DNA of 64,000 nt from Negaprion brevirostris. Taxonomy: Eukaryota. Of this stretch, positions 1 through 12,444 are shown piece by piece; positions within the stretch are counted from its first letter, which is position 1, and each line of letters begins with the position of its first letter. The translations under genes were made by a program, and so were the position numbers. Location: positions 34,120,580-34,184,579 of the forward strand of contig JARDVH010000124.1 in the NCBI GenBank assembly GCA_030324005.1. Direction: 5' to 3'. The notes beneath the pieces are model-generated. The model did not search any database and had not been told where the DNA came from. It was given only the letters and a program-made list of their open reading frames with translations.

Positions 1-409
1 ATGTTAGTAGGAAGTACAAAATAAATAGAATTCAACTCTTGTTAACTAATTAATCATTAATTACTTTTCCTTTAATTACAAGGTAACTAAAGTACTTCTA
101 ATACAGCAATCTATTGCTGGCCGATGACTACTTCACAGTGCTTTATTAGCTTGTTGCAAATGATTAGCAACTTCAACATGGCTTATCTCTGATAATGTAA
201 GTACAAAGTGGGGATTGGACCTAGTTGATGTGTTGCAGAATGCATGTTTGTAAAAAAAATCTTGAAAATAAAATGGTCACGTTAATTAAGTACTCCGAAT
301 CCTATTAAAATAGGATCTAAAATCTAACCAGCTTACGTCTCCCTAGGATGAGGAGAACTAGAACATTAATATATTGATCCCTCATCAAATGCAATCTAAT
401 CTATAGCAA

Positions 410-1150
410 TTATGTCCCCAGCGGGGGTGGGCAGTTTCTTAGTTCAATCATCATTCTTCTATCAAATCTGACTGCAATGACAAATACAATAAAAATCAGT
501 TCCAACCAGAACATGAGAGATGATTATAATATTTGAGGGTATTTTAATGCTGAGATCAAAGCCCCACCAATATCCTTTAACTCCAGTATCAGTATCTCTT
601 CAACTTTCGCATTCCATTGTTGTAGCAGATAAAAATGTTGGTTGGAGGAATTAATCCCTTGCATCAGCTTTGTCAAGTGTCCAGGCAATGGAAGAATGAC
701 TACCCAAATCTATTAACATATTCTTGTCGGTGATCCTTTATGTTATCCTGAACAGTGATGTTTAAATGTTAATTATTGTACGGGTTGCGTAACAGTTCTG
801 GTGGATCAGGACTATCAATGCTGGTGAGGCAGAGGTAGAACACAAAGTTGCTGAGTCAATCGGGCAGAACTGGCTACTACACTGGTATTCTTTGAAGTTT
901 ACTCTTTTTTTCTCTCTATATGCTGAACGGATGGGAACTCCATGCCTCTAGTGGCCATCATAGTGCAGTTAGCTTTCCTTAAATCCTAGGTAAAAGCAAT
1001 TCTAAATAATGGTCTGGCTTTTTCACTCACTGTCATTACAGAATAGCACAGGCCTACTCCAATGACGTTCACGTCGCTTTTAAATTACATCCATGTTTCT
1101 CTGGGTACATTTGCACTAAATCTTCATACTTTTGATTCACTATGTCAGTA
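410..1150 (-). pseudogene. Degenerate retroviral/LTR-element envelope-like (fusion/TM glycoprotein) remnant
   Basis: Manual minus-strand translation across stops and frameshifts gives VIGVGLCYSVMT..ARPLFRI, ANCTM, Cys-rich EYQCSSQFCPIDSATLC, LNITVQDNIKDHRQEY, HLTKLMQGINSSNQHFYLLQQWNAKVE, YWWGFDLSIKIPSNIIIISHVLV / LELIFIVFVIAV-RFDRR..PPPLGT* (stop 412-410). This is the layout ectodomain, heptad-like stretch, aromatic juxtamembrane motif, TM helix, short tail. Confidence 0.55.
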
Positions 1151-2042
1151 AATAAAATCATTCTCTGCCTTCTTCCTGCACTAGTCTAATTTTTAAGTAC
1201 ATAACCCAAAACATGGAATATAATTATCTCATCCAGCTGACCCCCATGCCCTGGGTTGAGCTGACGAAATTCACAAAAGCACATTCCTTCCCTTGTTTCG
1301 AACAGGTATCCTACAGTCAGGATACGCTTAGCTCGCTAAAGCTGCCTCTTAAAGTGGGGTCTTTAATCCCCAGGGAAGGTTCAAGACCTTTGCTCTCCAT
1401 ATTCTAATAGGGTATTGTCATCCTTTGATTGGCTGGCATATTCTTTAATTTAGCTTAAATGGTCTTATCCTTTGTGCGTAATTAATCTTGATAACAATAG
1501 CTGACTTTTCAACATGTTTCCTTAATCTGATTTTGAACATTCATTTTTATATAATTTGGATCAACTTTAGCTTCAAGGCTGGTCACTGTTCTTCTGTCTC
1601 ATTATGTTACATTTTGATGTAGCCATTTTGTGTTTGCAGATTTTAATATTTTAATTCCGATTTAAAATTCTTATGAAGCTATTTGATTGATTTCAACATA
1701 AAATACTTCACAAAAACATATCTGATGTAAAGTCATTCATTATAATAGTACTCAGTTATTAATCCTTCTGAACAGGTAGAACTGGAACTTAAAGCTTAGT
1801 GAATTACGTGTCCAAATGTTTCTTGGCAAGTATCCAATTTTGCTACTATGGTTACTGGCATTATTCCTAATACATTGTACTATGTCGGGTATGTGTAATT
1901 TGCTGAATTTAAAAGAAGTTTATAGTTTTTCAAAACTGCAGCATCACGCATTTCTTTAAAATACGTTTTAAGGAGTTTTAACCTAGCCTTTTAAAATAAC
2001 CATCGATTAATCTAAACTTTTCATTTAATATTGATTGAAGTT

Positions 2043-2745
2043 AGACCATAAGGCATAGGAGCAGAATTAGGCCATTTGCCCATCGAGGCTGATATTTTTC
2101 TCATCCCCATTCTCCTGCCTTTTCCTCATAACCCCTGATCCCCTTACTAATCAAGAACCTATCTGTCTTAAAGACACTCAATGACCTAGCCTCCACAGCC
2201 TTCTGTGGCAAAGAGTTGCACAAATTCACCATTCTCTGGGTGAAGAAATTCCTCATCTTTATTTTAAAGAATCATCCCTTTAGCTTGAGGCTGTGCCCTC
2301 TGGTTCTGGTTTTTCATACCAGTGGAAACATCCTCTCCATGCCCACTCTATTCAGGCTTTGCAATATCCTGCAAGTTTCAATAAGATCCCCCCTCCTCCT
2401 TCTAAACTCCAAAGAGTACAGACCCAGAGTCCTCAACCATTCCTCATACATCAAGCTCATCATTCCAGGGATCATTCTTGTGAACCTCCTCTGGACCCTT
2501 TCTAAGGCCAGCACATCCTTCCTTATATACAGGGCCCAAAATTGCTCACAATACTCCAAANNNNNNNNNNNNNNNNNNNNNNNNNNNNNNNNNNNNNNNN
2601 NNNNNNNNNNNNNNNNNNNNNNNNNNNNNNNNNNNNNNNNNNNNNNNNNNNNNNNNNNNNGAGCCTTATACAGCCTCAGAAGTACATCCCTGCTCTTGTA
2701 TTCTAGCCCTCTCGACATGAATGCTAACATTGTATTTGCCTTTTC
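2043..2745 (-). mobile_element. CR1-clade LINE, 3' portion (ORF2 C-terminus and 3' UTR), spans an N-gap
   Basis: Encodes LEYCEQFWALYIRKDVLALERVQRRFTRMIPG..LGLYSLEFRRRRGDLIE; the 3' tail lies at the left end. Confidence 0.92.
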
Positions 2746-3262
2746 TCTGTTTATGATTAGAATAAAATATGCGTTTCTGATTAGAATAAAATCATCTGTT
2801 GCTGGCTTGTCCCATTCATTGTCAGCATCCAAAGTGACTGAGGATAATCCAAATGTTTGCAATCGCTGAGCCCACAGCAGCCCGGTTCTGTATCAGTGAG
2901 TTATCTTACGAAAACAAAAAAGAAAATGGTTTGCATCTGTCATGAACAGAAAGAGCACAGCGATAGATACATATGCATCTTGCAGTCTCTTCTATCCATC
3001 AGTAAGACTGCATATCCTGCAGCAGGATGTACAACATCCTTGAAAATGTTATGATGCTAAAGCTTTCAATCATAAATGTATGCCTGCTGGAGTATTGGCT
3101 TGCATAGAAAGCAGTAAAAGAGCTTTTAACGTTGGGTGATGGCTTGATGTGGATCAGTAATAAACGTGCAACAAATCGATAGGCAACACTTTTGCCATGC
3201 AGATCAGGACTAGCAAGCTAAAAAGAGAACATTCGGCCATTTTCTTATAGTGTGCATCTCAC

Positions 3263-3415
3263 AGAAACATCGAAACGAGAAGCAGGAGTAGGCCATTCAG
3301 CTCTTTGAGCCTCCTCCACCATACATTATGATCACAGCTGATCAAATTCAACATCCTGATCCCCCTTCCTTCCATATCCCTTGATCTCTTCAGTCCCAGG
3401 AGCTTTTCCTAATTC
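3263..3415 (-). mobile_element. CR1 3'-end fragment
   Basis: agaagcaggagtaggccattcagctctttgagcct matches the CR1 3' UTR motif seen in other copies in this window. Confidence 0.75.
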
Positions 3416-4807
3416 CTCATGTCCCTGTTCCCAGATTCTGCAGGTAACGCACAGAACATTGACATTGGCTGCCAGATCTTGCCAGGAGTGTTGCAGTACT
3501 TTTGTTGGAAAGAGTATTTGTAATGTTAAAGGGGAAAACCACCTCACATCAACATCACATGGCCACAATTCCATGATACCAAAGAATAAACAAAAGTTTG
3601 AGTGCTGCATCATTTCCTCACTTAACTACATTCTTCGTTTTCTGGAATTGGCATTTATTTAGCTTTCCACAGCTTATGATATATACAGCCTTTGAAAAGG
3701 CTGACAAAAGTTGTTCTTCCCAGATACACATTTTTTAAAAGGCTATGCTCCTTTACATTTGAACTACAACCCTAAAACAGTTAATTATATTACATTTTCC
3801 AATCCTGACTGTCGTGTATTGAAAGTTGCATTGTACACTCTATCCACCTAAGGCTACGGTACACACTTACCAGTAGAGGTAGTCTAAAATAAATATAAAA
3901 ATAAAAATCCATGTTTTAACAGCATGTGCAGGTGGTCTGATTCTGAAATCTTGCTAAATACCTTAACTTCATCTTCCCAAGAATTTTATGATGACAAACA
4001 TAGAAAATATTGCTTGCAAATAGGAAGCTTTTTCTGCAGACAGCATTTTAAGATGGAGGAAAGCTCTATTGGAGACAGGGTGGGGACTCCAGTTTGGGAT
4101 TAGCAACAAGAAAGCCTGCTCAGTTTACAAACACACACCAATTTTGACAAAATTACCAACCAGTTTTTTTTTTTAATCTGAAAGGAATGCAATTCTGGAT
4201 CCTTGATTATGATCATGTCTCTGATTAGTGTGGCAACGCGCAGTCAAACACCTTCTGATTGGCATCTGGAGCCATCATTTATATTCTGACATGTGGCATT
4301 TTAAACGCAAGATGATAGGTTTTGCAATCACGTATGACAGTAGAAAAAGATTTTACTTCCTCTTCATGGATCTGAAGAACTAGAAGATTTGAGATACTTA
4401 TGCTGGAGTAAAATGAATATGACTCAGCAAAAATGCACTCACAGCCTATTTCAATAGGTGAAACAATTGTCTTCCAACACAATAAATGAGAAAGCATGGG
4501 ACAATTGACCAATATTGCCTATGATTGTGGCAACTAACAATCAAATCTGACTTCAGCGATATTTGGCAAATGAAACAGTAAACCCAAACACAACTACGTG
4601 AAGATGTCCCTCTCCAGTCAACTATGCATAAAATTGTACTAACTCCAACAGTTCTGACAATCACAATCACTTTCAGAGTTCAGAGCTAAGTTGAGGCTGC
4701 CAAAAGAAACTCCCACAATCCAAGTTAAGTTCCTCTGAGCCCTGTTCATATTTCATATGCCAAGAAATTACTTAGAAAACAACAACAACAGTCTCAGAGT
4801 TCTGACT

Positions 4808-6170
4808 TATGAACATATGAAATAAGAGCAGAAGTAAGCCATTTGGCCCCTTGAACCTGCTCCGCATTTCAATAAAATTATGGCTGATCTGTTTCGTTTG
4901 AATTCCATATTTCCATTCACGTCTAATAAGCTTTGATTCCCTTGCCTAACAAGAATCTATCTAACCCTGCCTTAAAAATATTCAATAATCCCGCCTTTAT
5001 CATCTCCTGAGGCAGAGTTCCAAAGTTGCACAACCCTCAGAAAAAAAATCTCCTCATCTCTATCCTAAAAGGTGGACCCATAATTTTAAAACTGTGTCCC
5101 TTAGTTCTGTACATACCCGTAAGTGGAAACATCCTTTCCAGGTCCACCCTGTCAATACATATGAGGGTTTTATATCCACATCACCCCTCACTCTCAGCTG
5201 AAACAAGTCTGGTCTGTCCAACATTTCCTCACAAGACACCTGCTCATTCTAGCTATCNNNNNNNNNNNNNNNNNNNNNNNNNNNNNNNNNNNNNNNNNNN
5301 NNNNNNNNNNNNNNNNNNNNNNNNNNNNNNNNNNNNNNNNNNNNNNNNNNNNNNNNNNNNNNNNNNNNNNNNNNNNNNNNNNNNNNNNTTTTCAATTCAT
5401 CTCATAATAAAGGATAACATTCCATTATGCTTAATTATTTGCACAAGAACCTTTGACTCATGCATGGTAACAACCCAGTCTTGGAACTCTACAGTTAGTT
5501 TTGGTTTATGAAATTCTCTGCATTTTTATTCTTCCTGCCAAAGTGAACAACGTCACATTTCATTTCATATGCCAGCTTGTTGTCCATTCAATTAACCTAT
5601 CTATATCTATCTGAAACTCCCTTATGTCCTCTTCACAATATGGGGGAGGTGATGGCCTAGTGGTACTATCGCTAGACTATTAATGCAGAAACTCAGCTAA
5701 TGTTCTGGAGACCCAGGTTTGAATCCTAGCACAGCAGATGGTGTAACGAATTAATTTTAAAAAATCTGGAATTAAGAGTCTACCGATGACCATGAATTGA
5801 TTGTCAGAAAAAACCCATCTCATTTACTAATGTCCTTTAGGGAAGGAAATCTTACCTGGTCTGAACTACATGTGACTCCAGAGCCACAGCAATGTGGTTG
5901 ATCCTCTGAAATGGCCTAGCAAGCCACTCAGTTTCAAAGGCAATCAGGGATGGGCAATAAATGTTGGTTTAGCCAGCAACACCCATGTCTCATGAATGAA
6001 TATTTAAAAACTTCCTATGTACCTTTCTGTCACCTGCAAATTTAGCAAACATGTCTTCACTCCCTTCATCTGAATTGATGTAAATTTTAAGAATTTGAGG
6101 CCTCAGCCACTGTGAAATTCCATTCATCACACCGTACAAATCAGAAAAAGACCCATTTCTGCTATGACAG
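4808..6170 (-). mobile_element. CR1 LINE fragment interrupted by a SINE (5642-6010) and an N-gap
   Basis: CR1 3' UTR at 4808-5250. After the SINE the RT motif resumes as LKIYINSDEGSEDMFAKFAGDRK (degenerate FADD). Confidence 0.8.
5642..6010 (+). mobile_element. tRNA-derived SINE with LINE-shared 3' tail
   Basis: A-box-like tggcctagtgg, B-box-like ggtttgaatcc, central gtcctttagggaaggaaat..catgtgactccagagccacagcaatgtggttga, tail gggcaatcagggatgggcaataaatg. Confidence 0.85.
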
Positions 6171-6964
6171 ATTGTCACGTGCACAGTGCCCTGTTCAGTG
6201 CTCTGCTACCAGCTTTTACAGTGGGAATAGGCCCTGCCCACAGCTTTTAATGAGATTCACACTAGTGCACTGCACAGTGCACAGAGTGTGGGAGATCCAT
6301 TTTGAAAATCCTGCTGAAAAAACCAATGGGATTTACTCCAATTTTTGTGAATTCAGCACTTTGAATTTTTTTTTTGGGATAACCACACCTCTTACCTTTG
6401 GAAGACCATTTAGTATATTCTGAGGTTTTTTTTCCTCTGTCCCTTCCTGCTCTACTGTCTTAACTCTACCCCTTGATTTGATGCACCTATCTAAGCTCGA
6501 TCCCCTCATCCTCCTTGTTTAGTTTAAAGCCTTTTCTAACTTCCTCGTTGAGCGACTCACTAGTAGACTGAGTTCAGCATGGTTCAGGTGTGGGCTGCCC
6601 CAATGATACGGTCCCCTCCATCCCCTGTACTGAAACTGGTGACCCATGAACTGGAATCCACTTCAACTACACTTACAACACTTCCTAAGTATAGTACATT
6701 TTACTGTGCATACTAAAGTTTGTGACACCTAAAACTGAAAGTTATACATTTTTAATTACACAGATGTGTATTTTAGTTGTATATTTTAATTATTTTATTT
6801 CTATTTATGTTTAGTTATGTCAATTAATAAATACTATTATTCCCAATAAAGCTTACTAGTGCCATTACAAAACAATTATGAAGAAAACCTTACAGTTCCA
6901 AATAATGACAATGGAACAGCAAGTATTTGATCCCCATGCAATCACTCACACAAACCTGAGGATA

Positions 6965-7125
6965 ATCTCTTAGGCCCAACTGTGTTCAGCTACTTCAGCA
7001 ATGACCTTCCTCTCATCACAAGGTCAGAGGTGGGGGTGTTTGCTGATGATTACATAATGTTCAGCAGCATTTGTGACTCCTCAGATACTGAGCAGTCCAT
7101 GTATGCTTGCACCAAGATTTTCAAT
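6965..7125 (+). mobile_element. LINE reverse transcriptase fragment
   Basis: Encodes LGPTVFSYFSNDLPLITRSEVGVFADD. Confidence 0.8.
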
Positions 7126-7409
7126 GTAAGCTTTAACTTGACTAAAATTGTAGCCCAAAGGAACGGTTAATTTGCAACGGCCCATTGATAGATGAGGTTA
7201 GCAACTTAAGAAGAGCCTTGTAACAACAACTGATATCAGATTCCTGTCCCCTTATCATGATTTAGATAATAGCTAAGTAAAAAGGAATTGTTCATCTAAT
7301 AAGGCGGCTAGATCGTATCAAACTAATTAAAAAGCAATTATTGTTTCTGCAGTTTGTCCGTTCAGTCAAACAGCACCTAGAAAAGAGATTGCATGATTGA
7401 ATTGATTAA

Positions 7410-7852
7410 GGGAGGTAATGGCCTAGCAGTATTATAGCTAGACTATTAATCCAGAACTCAGCTAAATGTTCTGGAGACCTGGGTTCAAATCCTGTTATGG
7501 CAGATGATGGAATTTGAATTCAACAAAAGATATCTGGAGTTAAGAATATACTGACGACCATGAACCCAAGTCCCCGACGCGATGAGGCAGCAATGCTAAC
7601 CACTGTGTCACCGTGTCGCCCCATTGAATGTTGTAAAAACCTATCTGGTTCACTGATGTCCTCTTTGGGAAGGAAATTTACCATCCTTACCCAGCCTGGC
7701 CTACATGTGACTCCAGAGCCACAGCAATGTGGGTGACTCTAAACTGGCCTCTGAAATGGCTGAGCAAGATAATTAGTTCAAGGGCAATTAGAGATGGGCA
7801 GTATGTGGTGACCTTGTCGTGGTCCACATTCCATCAAAGAATTTTCAAAAAA
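7410..7852 (+). mobile_element. tRNA-derived SINE (same family as 5642) containing a short inverted HE1 5' fragment (~7565-7625)
   Basis: Colinear with 5642-6010; the insert tgaggcagcaatgctaaccactgtgtcaccgtg is the reverse complement of an HE1 head. Confidence 0.8.
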
Positions 7853-8155
7853 GATTGTGTAAATGGAAAGGAGTATTTTTAATTGCGTGAGAGTCAATTT
7901 TCTATTCATTTGAGATGTGGGCATGCCAGCATCTGTTGCTGACCACTAATTGACCTTGAGATGGTGGTGATCTACCACCTATTGCAGTGGACCTGGTGTA
8001 GTTACACCCATTGTTCTGCTGAGAAGGCAGTCCCAGGATCTTGAAGGAGGAGTGGNNNNNNNNNNNNNNNNNNNNNNNNNNNNNNNNNNNNNNNNNNNNN
8101 NNNNNNNNNNNNNNNNNNNNNNNNNNNNNNNNNNNNNNNNNNNNNNNNNNNNNNN

Positions 8156-8341
8156 TGTCAGGAAAAACCCATCTAGTTCATTAATACTCTTTAGGGAAGG
8201 AAATCTACCATCCTTACCTGGTCTGGCCTACCAGAGCCACAGCAATGTGGTTGACTCCCAACTGCCCTTGGGCAACTAGGGATGGGCAATAAATGCTGGC
8301 CCAACCAGTGATGCCCATTTCCCATGAATGAGTTAAAAAAA
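8156..8341 (+). mobile_element. tRNA-derived SINE 3' half
   Basis: Same core and tail as 5642-6010; follows an N-gap. Confidence 0.8.
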
Positions 8342-8769
8342 CTAAGATAGTGTTGCCCAAAAGGGCAGACAGAATTCAGTGGTTAGTTCCAATGAAGGAA
8401 AATTTGCAGAGCCATAGGGAAAGAACAGGGGTGTGGGATGAATTCGATATCTCTTCCAAAGAGCCTGATGACTGGCCAATTAGTTTTTTTTGTGCTGTAT
8501 GGAGATATGATTCCATAATCATACTGGTGGTCATTGTGCTGGGACTTTTTTGTGATAAATTAAGATGGTGAAAGTCATGATTTGTCCACCCACGTACAAG
8601 ATTCTTAGATGAGCTTGAAGGTTAAAATTTGTAAAGAACTTTTGAAGTAGTTCTTCAAAAGCTGACAGGAGCACAAATTGTTCAGCTAAATAGAATTGAA
8701 AGATGCAAAGTGTCTCCGTTCAGTTAATTTATTAGGCAGGTTCCTAAGCATAGTATATCAAAACATAAA

Positions 8770-8900
8770 TAGCGGGACTCTCTGGTGCATGTCCCAAGAC
8801 CAGAAATTCCCATCCAAAGTCACTGAATCTCAAATGGTTTGTGAAATTTTCTGTCCTGCCCGTTATGATTCCCATAGCAGGAAGGTCCAGATAATCCTGC
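8770..8900. mobile_element. Short MITE-like element (related copies ~11955-12097, ~55947-56095, ~49015-49155, ~62120-62228)
   Basis: The 8.8, 12 and 56 kb copies share ccaagaccagaaattccca and/or attcccat/cggtggg cores; all have degenerate inverted gggattttcc/ggaaaatccc ends. Confidence 0.55.
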
Positions 8901-9399
8901 ACAAAATTATTAGTCTGCATTTTATGGTATTAACGATGCAATAATCAAAACTGTTCACCATCATTGCCCTTCTGAAGTTGACAGAAAATATACAGTTAAA
9001 CACAAAAATCTAGAAGTCACTGACAGTGTTTCTGTAGGGCACATTGCTGAAATTGCCAGGGAGCAATCAATTAAAAATCACTAAACTGGTGAAAACTTGT
9101 CCTTTTACTTTGCAATATCACTGTTAAAATCCATTGAAAAGGTTTCTTCCTGTGAATGAGGTGGAGTTGGCTTTTTAAACGGTGCAGTATGTCATATCTA
9201 AAGAATCTCCCTTGCTCTAAAAAAAATTAAGTTTTTGTACTGTCACATCTTTTCATTCTGATAGCAAGTCCAAGTTGTTACTTTTTTTGCTTCTTGTATT
9301 ACAGCTTTGGCGTGTACACCCTGACTTATATTTAAGTCTCTGTAACATTTAATGAAAATGAAGGATAATCAGGTTTTAATCGTGGTTTGCTGTGAGAAT

Positions 9400-9624
9400 G
9401 GGTGGCACAGTGGCAAGCACTGCTGTCTCACAAACACCAGGGACCCAAGTTCAAATCCAGCCTTGGGTGACTGTGTGGAGTTTGCATATTCTCCCTGTGT
9501 CTGCATGGTTTTCCTCTGGGTGCTCCAGTTTCCTCCCACAGTCCAAAGATGTGCAGGTTAGGTGTATTCGCCATACTAAATTGCCCCTTGATGTAGTTTG
9601 GGGGATCAATGGGGTAAATACAAG
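9400..9624 (+). mobile_element. HE1-like V-SINE
   Basis: ggtggcacagtgg..agcactgctgtctcac..gtgtggagtttgcatattctccctgtgtctgcatgg..gtttcctcccacagtccaaagatgtgcaggttagg. Confidence 0.9.
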
Positions 9625-9724
9625 NNNNNNNNNNNNNNNNNNNNNNNNNNNNNNNNNNNNNNNNNNNNNNNNNNNNNNNNNNNNNNNNNNNNNNNNNNNN
9701 NNNNNNNNNNNNNNNNNNNNNNNN

Positions 9725-9975
9725 TCAAAATCTTATACACCTCTATCAAATCTCCCCTCATTCTTCTACACTCCAGGGAATAAAGTCCTAACCTATTCAA
9801 TGTCTCTCTGTAACTCAGCTTCTCAAGTCCCAGCAAAATCCTTGTGATCCTTCTCTGCACTCTTTCAACCTTATTTACATCTTTCCTATAACTAGGTGAC
9901 CGAAACTGTATACAATACTCTAAATTCGACCTCACCAAGGCCTTATACAACATTACTATAACACTCCAACTGATG
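9725..9975 (-). mobile_element. CR1 ORF2 C-terminal fragment
   Basis: Encodes LYKALVRSNLEYCIQFRSPSYRKDVNKVERVQRRITR..RRMRGDLIEVYKIL. Confidence 0.92.
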
Positions 9976-10509
9976 CCTCACACCCTTTAGAAAGTATCTG
10001 GATGAGCACTTGGCACATTCAAGGCTAGTAAATAGTATTAGGTGAGAGGTCAGTTACTTCTCATGTGTCAGAGCAGACTCGATGGGTCGAAGGATCTCCT
10101 CTACGCTGAATGACTCAATGATACTATTCTTCCATGCTGTTCTCAATGGACTTAATAATATCAGCTATTCCCAGTTTGGTGGGCTACTATTGTGGTGGAA
10201 TAGGGAACAATGTGCCCCATTGTAGAGAGGTCGCGTACAGCATGAGAGAGGTGTGTGCTTTCCATCACCCATGTCACACTCATGTCACCAGCCACTGGCA
10301 TGTCTCACACACTCAACTCCTCCAAAAACAGGACCTAGGTTTTAATGAGGATCGTACACACCGGGGAATATCAGCCAACCTTCTACTATTTACACCCAAA
10401 AATCCAGGCCGAGGCTCCTGGATCTCTCTGCTGAGGGAAACAAGTGCATCCTGCATACTTAATTTTATCCTCCTCAATGGGTGACACGGTGGCCCAGTGA
10501 TGGAGGAGT

Positions 10510-10810
10510 CCAGCACAGTGCCACAGTGGGTTAGTGCTGCTGCCTCACAGCGCCAGGGACCTGGGTTCAAACGCCGGCTTGGATCTCTCTCTGTAGAGTC
10601 TGCACGTTCTCCCTGTGCCTGCATGGCTTTCCTCCGGGCACTCTGGTTTCCTCCCATGGTCCAAAAGATGTGCTGGTTAGATGGATTGGCCATGCTAAAT
10701 TCTCCCTCGGTGTACCTGAACAGGCGCCGGAGTGTGGCGACTAAGGGATTTTCACAATAACTTCATTAAAATATTAGTGTAATTCTACTGGTGATAATAA
10801 CTAAACTTTT
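10510..10810 (+). mobile_element. HE1-like V-SINE
   Basis: tRNA-like head, V-domain, and tail aacaggcgccggagtgtggcgactaagggattttcac. Confidence 0.9.
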
Positions 10811-12444
10811 TCTGCACTGTAGGGATTCTATAAACTATGATCCTTCCTTAATTTTGTTACAACATGGAGGTGATTTTTCCCTCTGCTCAATTTTGGAACA
10901 ACTCAAAGGGATATACTTCATTCTGTAATCTTGTATGAATGCATCTGAAGACATAAATGTTTTCATAGACATTTATGAAGACATACATGAAACTGCAGGA
11001 TTTACTTGAGAGCCTCGCCTTCCCTCCTTCCAACTCAAGAGGTGGCAAGCATACTTTGCCAGTTACCCCCTTTCTCTTGGTTTATATACCTGGAATTACC
11101 TCACAGTATACCTGTGATCTGAGTGGTTTGAAGCTGTCAGTAACCCTCACATTTGACTTTCATTGCTTCTGTATCTTTGCTTTAAACTCATTGGTCCAAT
11201 TCAAAAGCCTGTTTTGTTACGTTGGAACACTGACAATTAGCTTTGATACATGTTGCAAAAACCTGCTTCTGCAGCATGCACTCTGTAATTTATAATCCAT
11301 GCAAAAAAATGCCTGATTTTTAAAGAGACAATGCCTTATGATTTCTCCTTTTTGAGTTTTAACATTTCTTTTCACTATTAACATTTGTCAAACACCACAT
11401 TTTTAGCCTTACACGTGCAACTTCACAACAATAAGTCTGGCTGCTTTCTCTACGGGACAACACTGTTGCTGGATTCCAGGCAATCTTGCATTGGCCTACG
11501 TTCAAATAAATGTTAGAAACGGGGAAATCCACATCACTAAGTTTGCTAGATCATTGTGTGCAGCTTTCTTTGAAGTTAGTATCATGTAAAGCTTCGCTGC
11601 TGACTGCAAAATCTGAGCCCCTAGCATGTCCAAGATGAGGCAAAACTAGAAAGAAAAGACAAATGAGGATGATAACAGATGAGAACTTGACATGTGTGCT
11701 GCCAGCACAATGTACAGTTTTCTCCCCAAGATTAAATTGTGATTATTATGACCTGTATCTTTAAGGCCACACGGTTTAACTTCTGAAAGAGCAGTTTCAG
11801 ACTGCTCGACCTGAATTGTGATTTGAATAGAAAATTTTGGAGATAGGGCTGAAGTTTCAGGTACATGCGTTGCCAAAGAATATCATTGGATATGTGACGT
11901 GGAAAGCATTTAGTACTGAAAGTGTTCTGTGGCAGTGGCTAATGATAAGCATGTGGGGTGGGATTCTCCAGCTGAGCACACTCCAAGACCAGAAATTCCC
12001 ACCCAAGCTCAGCAGACTTTTGAATGGTCCACCACCGCACTCTCTCTTTCACCGGTGACAATTCCCACGGTGGGCAAGATGGGAGAATTTCAGCCATCAT
12101 TTAAAGACAACTAGGATATTTTCAGCTGTTATCTTTTATTATCACTCTGTTAAGAGTTTGATTGCCAAAATAAGGATTATATTATCAAGTCAAGCATACT
12201 AAATTTCAAGTAAATTTGAGTCATCTTACATGTCACAAACAATGAGGTGAAAATCAAGTTCCACAATAAAATATTTAAGGGACTCAGTTTGCTTTGTAGC
12301 ATGTAATTTGCAAGCAGTTCATGATTTTTGTAAAGTATTATTTTCTTATCTTCTCCAGTATATTCTGTTGTTTTAATTATGTGTCTAGTATCTTGCTTCT
12401 AACTGATATGTTCCCATGCGGTGAACCTCACAGTTATGAGAAAG

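Noticed and set aside
2216-2869. Longest ORFs in the track (including those running through X)
   Set aside because: They are antisense or sense CR1 sequence artificially extended through N-gaps.
2860-2900. Peptide SLSPQQPGSV followed by gtgagt, resembling USP32 HLNPQKPGAI
   Set aside because: It lies upstream of the DUSP exon (wrong order), has no further similarity and no good acceptor.
5642-5730. tRNA gene candidates at SINE heads
   Set aside because: The A/B boxes belong to SINEs; there is no intact cloverleaf.
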